From IMG/VR virus record IMGVR_UViG_2832349384_000006, positions 14,238 through 78,237 of that record: a stretch of 64,000 bases of DNA. The stretch is one strand, 5' to 3'. Positions 58,466-64,000 of this stretch are shown one piece after another. How positions within the stretch are numbered: the first letter of the stretch is position 1; each line of letters begins with the position of its first letter. The translations under genes and the position numbers were made by a program. The notes beneath the pieces are model-generated. The model was given only the letters and a program-made list of their open reading frames with translations, searched no databases and was not told the origin of the DNA. Source of the stretch: a virus (Duplodnaviria > Caudoviricetes).

Positions 58466-59277
58466 TGTGCGCCCCCATCATCTTTCTTGAGGACGCTATA
58501 AGGATTATTGAAAGCGACAGAAATCCGTTCGATTCGATTATTGGCAAAATAAGCCAGCAATACTTCTGGATACACCAATTTGCCGATGGCTTCTCTTGCT
58601 TCTTGGGTGGCCAGAAATGCCGAAACAACATCTTCATCAACATAAAGAAGCTGCGTTATGATGTGGGCGACCTTTTCTGCCTTGAGAAAGGTTGGTGATT
58701 TCGAACGGAAATGCCCGGCGGCCATCACCTTGATTAAATCAAGAGTGGTAACGCAATCAGTTAGCGCCCGGTGTGAATTACCTCGGATAATGATGCCTTG
58801 CTGCTTGGCTGCCTCAGTCAGTTTCTGCCACTTATAACCGTCTCGCTTCCGATCGCATTGTCCGTAAAATTCGGCATAGGCAAGCATGGCGCACTGGAAG
58901 ATAGGGTGCCCATCATCAAACGCGTATTCAACACCGGCTATTTGCGCCGTCTGCATTAACAACCGAACATCATATTCAACGTTATAAATAACTACGGTGC
59001 GCCCTGAAATAATGGCATCAACTTCGCCGCAAATTTCTCGCCATGTCCGAGCGTCCCTCACATCGTCATTTGTGATTCCATGTATCGCGGTCGCTTCTGC
59101 GGGAATAAGTTTTGAAGGGCACACCAATTCATCAATCAGCACTTTGCCAGTGGAATCTATGATGCTGATTTCCACAATCTCGGCGCCGGCTTCCAGCCCG
59201 GTGGTTTCCGTATCAAGGATCAGCGCATTTTCATCCAGCCATTTCTGGGCTAATTGCTGCGGTGTCATGTTTTGCAT
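58462..59277 (-). CDS. DEDDh 3'-5' exonuclease (DnaQ-like)
   Basis: ILDTETTG, HGIT, YNVEYD, HRALTDC. Confidence 0.9.
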   Translation of the reverse strand: MQNMTPQQLAQKWLDENALILDTETTGLEAGAEIVEISIIDSTGKVLIDELVCPSKLIPAEATAIHGITNDDVRDARTWREICGEVDAIISGRTVVIYNVEYDVRLLMQTAQIAGVEYAFDDGHPIFQCAMLAYAEFYGQCDRKRDGYKWQKLTEAAKQQGIIIRGNSHRALTDCVTTLDLIKVMAAGHFRSKSPTFLKAEKVAHIITQLLYVDEDVVSAFLATQEAREAIGKLVYPEVLLAYFANNRIERISVAFNNPYSVLKKDDGGAQ

Positions 59278-59279
59278 GG

Positions 59280-59498
59280 TTATCTCCTGATGTGCCGTGA
59301 TTTGGCCTCGTGAAGCTCCTGGCAACTGGCACAGCGGGATGCGCCGGGAACGGCAAGGCGGCGCGCTTCTGGGATCTGCGCGTCGCACTCTTCACAAAGA
59401 AATGCAGAAGGGGCGGCCGGTTTCCGGCGCGCCTGTTCGATGTGAGCCGCCAATATCAACTGCTGGCGCTCTTGTTCGATATCCATTGAATCGGCCAT
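59280..59498 (-). CDS. TraR/DksA C4 zinc-finger protein
   Basis: CEECDAQIPEARR...CASCQ. Confidence 0.92.
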   Translation of the reverse strand: MADSMDIEQERQQLILAAHIEQARRKPAAPSAFLCEECDAQIPEARRLAVPGASRCASCQELHEAKSRHIRR

Positions 59499-59770
59499 TA
59501 GTGCAGCTCCAGCGCCTGATTCTGGATAAACTCGGCTTCATGGCGCAGCAGTTCCACAGCGTCGCGTACTGAAAGATCACGGGCGATAATGGCATTGGCC
59601 AGGTTCTCCAGTTTGGTGGCCATTACGGTTGCCTGGTTTTTGCGCTCATCCATCCGAGCGCGCTTTAGCATTTCTTCCAGTTGATATGCGTCGTGATGAA
59701 CAACTGAAACATCACGGCCGGCGGCCCAATCAATGCCAATAGTGATTGGCTTTTTTTGAATATTTCGCAT
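59498..59770 (-). CDS. DUF2732-like P2 early protein
   Basis: ARMDERKNQA...A.ELLRHEAE. Confidence 0.75.
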   Translation of the reverse strand: MRNIQKKPITIGIDWAAGRDVSVVHHDAYQLEEMLKRARMDERKNQATVMATKLENLANAIIARDLSVRDAVELLRHEAEFIQNQALELH

Positions 59771-59834
59771 GGTGTTCTCCTGTTTTCAGGTAATAAGAAG
59801 CCCGGCGGGTTTACGCCAATTAATTACGGTTTCG

Positions 59835-60188
59835 TTAAAAAGCTATTTCGATCGGCATGCTTAGATGCCTTGGAAATAAACTCACGACTGCGCGGAATTT
59901 ATTCATTGCACTAATCAATGCTTTTTTCTCCTCACTCGTCAGTTCATTAAATTTCAGCCCGTGACGCTCAGCCCTGATGTTGGCCAAGTAGAAAATCGCA
60001 CCCAATGCCCGAATATTTTCCTCATAACTCGGATCGCGTTTGTCGCGTAAATCAGCAAAAAATCGGTTTATTTCTTCTGTGCTGTCGCACTTGAAAATAT
60101 CCCGGCGCAACTCTGCAATGTGCTGCAGGCCGTTCGCTCGCTGCCCTGCTTTTAAGGGCACAACGCGCGCAGTTTCTGTACTAGCCAT
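59835..60188 (-). CDS. 186-like early protein (DUF5347/gpB-like)
   Basis: R.NGLQHIAELR...AIFYLANI...EKKALISAMN. Confidence 0.65.
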   Translation of the reverse strand: MASTETARVVPLKAGQRANGLQHIAELRRDIFKCDSTEEINRFFADLRDKRDPSYEENIRALGAIFYLANIRAERHGLKFNELTSEEKKALISAMNKFRAVVSLFPRHLSMPIEIAF

Positions 60189-60361
60189 TTCACCACCGTG
60201 CGGCTTAAAGATTCGCCTGGTTTAGTTGCCATCTGTGCCAACAGCTCTTTCTGGCTGTGCGCAGGGTGCCAACGCTTCCCGTTTCGCAACTCGATCCAGC
60301 CGTGGCCAAAATGCCGCGATTGGCTTTGCTGCTTGAGCAGTGGGGCAATGGATATGCTCAT
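60152..60361 (-). CDS. Fil-like small early protein
   Basis: SIAPLLKQQS...FGHGWI...GKRWHP. Confidence 0.7.
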   Translation of the reverse strand: MSISIAPLLKQQSQSRHFGHGWIELRNGKRWHPAHSQKELLAQMATKPGESLSRTVVKWLVQKLRALCP

Positions 60362-60627
60362 TTATCCCCCTTGGCTTTTGCCGTTTTGCTGTACCATTCA
60401 GTTGCGAAATTTGCCGGCTCAATCATCCCAGCCTCAAACCAACGGCGCGCATGTCCAGAAATGAACAAGGCAAGCCCGTGATCCAAGTGGTACAGCGCAT
60501 CTGATGTATGTTCCAACGCAGATAAAACAGATATCTTGTTGAAATCACCGTTGTTTGCCTGATCCAAATAGGCCATTACCAGGCTGTCGGCAGCATCAAG
60601 CCATAACTTTCTGATATCCATATTCAC
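60358..60627 (-). CDS. Hypothetical early protein (89 aa)
   Basis: RBS GAGGGG; coupled between cII and the fil-like gene. Confidence 0.6.
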   Translation of the reverse strand: MNMDIRKLWLDAADSLVMAYLDQANNGDFNKISVLSALEHTSDALYHLDHGLALFISGHARRWFEAGMIEPANFATEWYSKTAKAKGDK

Positions 60628-60630
60628 CCC

Positions 60631-61140
60631 TCAATTCATACCCAGCGATGCGCCAACAGCCGTGATGGCGTCAACGGTAGATGCCATTGTTGGGTTAGCG
60701 TGGATGCGTGACTGCATCGCCAGCCCGGCCAACGTCATGTAACGAATGCCGGCGTTAACGCTTTCGCGAATGGCCCCGCGCCGTGTGGCGGTCATGCTGC
60801 AGTTGGTTACAGCTTCCGCTGCTACCTTTCCGATCTCCGACGTGGCGCGCAGAACATAGGATTCCAGCTTGCAATCTGATAGCTCGTTGATCGGCACGCA
60901 TGGTTGGCAATGCAGTTGCGCCAACATGCCATCAATCAGCGTCGGGTCTTCGGTCAGGTCGGTCAGTATCAGCAACTCTTCCACGGTCAGGCGGTGCGGC
61001 TGATCAGGGTTCAGCTTGTTACGCAGCACCTGGGCAGAAAGGCCAGCATCGGCACTCAACTGCTTGATGTTGTGCTTATTCGCGAAAATGCGGCATGCAT
61101 CCGCGTAGTGGGTTTGTTTAGAGACTTTGTAATCAAACAT
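60631..61140 (-). CDS. 186 CII-like lysogeny activator
   Basis: MFDYKVSKQ...LRNKLNPDQPHRLT...DPTLIDGMLAQLHC. Confidence 0.93.
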   Translation of the reverse strand: MFDYKVSKQTHYADACRIFANKHNIKQLSADAGLSAQVLRNKLNPDQPHRLTVEELLILTDLTEDPTLIDGMLAQLHCQPCVPINELSDCKLESYVLRATSEIGKVAAEAVTNCSMTATRRGAIRESVNAGIRYMTLAGLAMQSRIHANPTMASTVDAITAVGASLGMN

Positions 61141-61171
61141 GGTTTTGCCCTTCAAAATTCGAATAATCGAA

Positions 61172-61573
61172 TTAACCGCGGATATAGCGACACTTGATCG
61201 CAGCCTGGCGATTTTTTTCACGCCACGCTTCCAGGTTAATCAGGGCATTGCCGTGCTTGGTCATTGTAATTTCTTCCACCTCACCGGTTTTACGGTTGCG
61301 GCGGTTCTGGGTCACGGTAGTGGTTGGAGTAGGGGCCAGCAGCACAACGCCGTTAGCGATCCACTTCTCCAGCACTGACGCGCTGATGCCGTTAACTGCG
61401 GCAAAGTCCTCTTTGGACATTGTGGGGGATGTGTGAATAGCCACAGCACGCTCTACCGCCTGCTGAATGGCGCCGCTCAGATCCGGCAGCAGCATGGTTG
61501 CAACATTTGCAATCAGGTCATGTGGATTTGGCGGGATTTCGATGCCGTTGGCATTTGCAATCTCATGAGACAT
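61172..61573 (-). CDS. Cox/Apl-like repressor and excisionase
   Basis: RBS AAGGAG; HTH SKEDFAAVNGIS...WIANG; ALINLEAW; divergent from cI. Confidence 0.8.
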   Translation of the reverse strand: MSHEIANANGIEIPPNPHDLIANVATMLLPDLSGAIQQAVERAVAIHTSPTMSKEDFAAVNGISASVLEKWIANGVVLLAPTPTTTVTQNRRNRKTGEVEEITMTKHGNALINLEAWREKNRQAAIKCRYIRG

Positions 61574-61686
61574 AACGCAATATCTCCTTTTAGTGGTTTG
61601 TGTTCTACGGTGTTGCATGTGGTGTGTATTCACTATAGATCGCAAATGTATTCAGTGTAAATTCATTTGTTTGAGCTAACTTACAT

Positions 61687-62532
61687 ATGACTGATAAATC
61701 AGAAGATTCAGCCGCTATCGTTGAGCGGTTATCATCCGCTTATGGGGTCACATCCCAGCGGGCATTAGCAAAAAGTCTCGATCTTCCCCCTAATAACGTC
61801 AGCTCATGGATTCAACGTGGCAGCGTACCTGGTAATGCCATCATCAAGTGCGCTTTGGACACTGGTGCAGATTTGCGTTGGTTAGTTACTGGAAAGTTTG
61901 AAAATGCAAATATTGAGATTGGCAAGTCAAAGATTGACGGCCGTGATTTGTATGCGCAAATTCAGGCATCCGGAGGTAAACCAGTACTTCGGCGCATGTT
62001 GGATGCCTACGGGTTTAGAACTCAGAAAGAAATGGGGGATTACCTAAATATTTCTACTGCAACGATCAGCACATGGGTAAGGCGTGAACACTTTCCTGGT
62101 GATGTGGTTATTGCCTGCGCATTAGATACTGGTGTATCTCTTTTGTGGTTGGCTACTGGGCAGGGTATGCCTGGAAATCCTGATGCAATATCTTATGAAC
62201 CGATTTTTTCTTCAATCCCTCGGCTTTCCATTGCATCTGGTTCGCTTGTAGATCTTGGATCTTGGGTGTGTGACCCGTCTTTCATTCCAGATAACTCAAA
62301 ATCTATACGTTTCGTTGAGCGCGGCAACTCATCTTGGTTGGTCGATTTTGAAAAAAATTTAATCGGCAATGGCTATTGGTTGCTTAATATCGATGGCGCT
62401 CATGATATTTATTCAGTGGTACGCATCCCCGGTAATAGAATCAAAGTCTCCACGGCATCCTCTGATTTCGAATGTTCAGTTGATGATGTTGAATGCATCG
62501 GGGAAATAAAAAAAACCATCGTTAATAATTGA
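61687..62532 (+). CDS. 186-type CI repressor with a tandem-duplicated N-terminal DNA-binding domain
   Basis: Two repeats of AYG...L....S.W..R...PG..I.CALDTG..L.WL.TG, then a beta-rich C-terminal domain. Confidence 0.92.
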   Translation: MTDKSEDSAAIVERLSSAYGVTSQRALAKSLDLPPNNVSSWIQRGSVPGNAIIKCALDTGADLRWLVTGKFENANIEIGKSKIDGRDLYAQIQASGGKPVLRRMLDAYGFRTQKEMGDYLNISTATISTWVRREHFPGDVVIACALDTGVSLLWLATGQGMPGNPDAISYEPIFSSIPRLSIASGSLVDLGSWVCDPSFIPDNSKSIRFVERGNSSWLVDFEKNLIGNGYWLLNIDGAHDIYSVVRIPGNRIKVSTASSDFECSVDDVECIGEIKKTIVNN

Positions 62533-62541
62533 GGCTATAAC

Positions 62542-62934
62542 TTGAATATAAAATTAATAGTTCTTTCCTTGCTGCTAACTTCATTGCCTACTCTAGCCAG
62601 TGGGAAGAAAGTTCCTGCATCCATAGATAAGGCTATGCGCGACCTGAATATTAGAGAATACCGCTATGAATACCCTAACCTAAAGGTTATTTTTAATTTT
62701 GATAGGGTAACAGAGATTATTGCCCGTAGCACTATGTGGAGTGTATGCGCAACACGCTGGAACGATGGGGAAAAGTGGCCAGTTGATGCCATTCAAAAGG
62801 TAGATGTTATGAATCAGTGGGAGGTGCAAAGCTTTACATTCAAAATGAACGGAAAGGATTGTGATAAATATGGCTCCTTGAGTGACGGTGATAATGATAG
62901 GTTTTTGTCCGATCACATGAGTCAATATCCATAG
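62542..62934 (+). CDS. Secreted/periplasmic hypothetical protein (130 aa)
   Basis: RBS GAGG; Sec signal MNIKLIVLSLLLTSLPTLA; two Cys; AT-rich. Confidence 0.75.
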   Translation: MNIKLIVLSLLLTSLPTLASGKKVPASIDKAMRDLNIREYRYEYPNLKVIFNFDRVTEIIARSTMWSVCATRWNDGEKWPVDAIQKVDVMNQWEVQSFTFKMNGKDCDKYGSLSDGDNDRFLSDHMSQYP

Positions 62935-62956
62935 TGTTTTATTCTAAGGGGGGGGT

Positions 62957-63328
62957 ATGAAAAAACGTTCGTTATTATGTGTTGCATCTATTCTTATTTC
63001 ATTTCAAGCATTATCTGTTCCTGATGATTTTGTCAATCCTTTAGACTTTACCGGAACAAAAGAAGAGCGCAACGCCGTAATTCGTTATATTGAAAGGAAT
63101 GTAAAGGATAGCTTGGCTGATATTGATGTTACCGATCCAATGTCTTTGCGTTTAATGGAAAAAGCAGATCTTGATGCTTTCAAAGAGTTAACAAAAGCCA
63201 CTGATCGCGATCTGTTTGAAAAAGTTCTAAATGATTATTGTGATGAGTTGGATGTTTGTGACTATAACGCGCTTAATTTAATGTACAAAGAGCAGCTTAA
63301 AGCAAGCAAAGAAACTCTTTCATGGTGA
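62957..63328 (+). CDS. Secreted/periplasmic hypothetical protein (123 aa)
   Basis: G-rich RBS; Sec signal MKKRSLLCVASILISFQALS; CDELDVC; acidic and helical. Confidence 0.75.
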   Translation: MKKRSLLCVASILISFQALSVPDDFVNPLDFTGTKEERNAVIRYIERNVKDSLADIDVTDPMSLRLMEKADLDAFKELTKATDRDLFEKVLNDYCDELDVCDYNALNLMYKEQLKASKETLSW

Positions 63329-63343
63329 TCTTGAATTATTCTA

Positions 63344-63381
63344 TGTGGCGAAAGTCCCCGTAGTCATTTTGTCGCCACTTT
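63344..63381. repeat. Candidate integrase arm-type sites (right)
   Basis: TGTGGCGA (inverted) and TTGTCGCCACTT, matching the motif at 28430-28451. Confidence 0.6.
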
Positions 63382-63434
63382 TGCAATGAGTATCAACTAA
63401 CATTTTGTTTTTTATGAATTTTATCTTTGTGGTT

Positions 63435-63453
63435 TCGTATTCGGTCTTTTTTT
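63435..63453 (+). repeat. att core copy 2; partial third copy TATTCGGTCTTTT at 63500-63512
   Basis: Identical to 28325-28343. Confidence 0.9.
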
Positions 63454-63510
63454 TATTTTTTGATTTTAATTGTTTTTTTGGAGTTAACTCGAATTTTGAT
63501 ATTCGGTCTT

Positions 63511-63827
63511 TTACAGTATCACGTACTCTTTTTCCCACGTATCGAGATACTTGTCAGTCATCTTCTCTGATTTATGCCCTCATAGTCTCCGTGCAAACAC
63601 CTTTCCTTCCTCCTTTTCATACAGTCGTCCTGATAACCACGGATCCCGTGGAATGTCGGTGGGCTATTCTGGAACGCGATCCCAGCGCTTTTCGTGCGGC
63701 GACAGGTTTTTTCGTGCTCCCATCGGGATGCTGAGCGCCGTTCGGGCTGTTTTTCCTGATGCCTGCGCTGATCATAAAGTCTGTCGTGTTGGCCAGGCGG
63801 CAGCGATCCCCCCTCTGTCAGGATAGA
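63511..63827 (-). pseudogene. Degraded lambdoid tyrosine integrase C-terminus
   Basis: Across three frames: DRCRL..DFMISAGIRKNSP..HPDG / NSPPTFHGIR / SGRLYEKEEGKVFARRL*GHKSEKMTDKYLDT; frameshifts and an in-frame stop. Confidence 0.85.
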
Positions 63828-64000
63828 TGTCACCCCCATCAAAAACGCTAATGGGGCGGTGGGGAAACACCATGAAACGCATTTCGCCCGAACGAAAATC
63901 AGCAGCACTGGCTAAATTACTGCCACCTTACAACATGACCGTCACGGCGGTTGCTCAACTGGAAGGAATATCGGAAGCTACCCTCTATAACTGGCGTAAT
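63828..64000 (+). mobile_element. IS3-family insertion sequence, left end and start of OrfA (ATG 63872)
   Basis: MKRISPERKSAALAKLLPPYNMTVTAVAQLEGISEATLYNWRN is an IS3 OrfA HTH; TG start at 63828 is a tentative IRL. Confidence 0.8.

Larger units (their letters stand above)
28325..63453 (-). mobile_element. P2/186-like myovirus prophage, apparently complete (~35.1 kb)
   Basis: Full set int, ogr, D, U, T, E/E', FII, FI, I, J, W, V, S, R, lysis, X, L, M, N, O, P, Q, cos, tum, A, cII, cox, cI between the direct repeats. Confidence 0.95.

Noticed and set aside
63558-63908. 116-aa minus-strand ORF as a real gene
   Set aside because: Chimeric frame spanning the IS3 left end and one frame of the integrase pseudogene
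1-64000. Retron, DGR, CRISPR-Cas, toxin-antitoxin or named anti-phage systems
   Set aside because: No reverse transcriptase, cas, nuclease/ATPase defence or TA motifs recognised; unknown morons are reported as findings instead

Overview
The window is almost entirely prophage DNA from an enterobacterium (Serratia-like by GC content and gene style; inference). It holds a tandem array of elements at one attachment hotspot. (1) 1-~28.3 kb: right part of a lambdoid siphoprophage on the + strand: Q, pR'/tR', a Mu Mom-like DNA modification gene, lysis, pac-type terminase, head, lambda-like tail, Cor, two side fibres and a LexA-boxed UmuD'-like gene. (2) 28,325-63,453: an apparently complete ~35 kb P2/186-like prophage, mostly on the - strand, bounded by a 19-bp direct repeat. 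Its integrase is not in the cI operon; it lies behind ogr at the opposite end under its own LexA-boxed promoter. A four-gene receptor-binding cassette replaces the usual H/G fibre genes, and two secreted AT-rich proteins follow cI. (3) 63.5-64 kb: a frameshifted lambdoid integrase relic cut by an IS3-family element. No tRNA, rRNA or CRISPR array was seen. Family assignments come from recognised sequence motifs and synteny, not from database searches; start codons were adjusted by eye where the ORF track over-extends.
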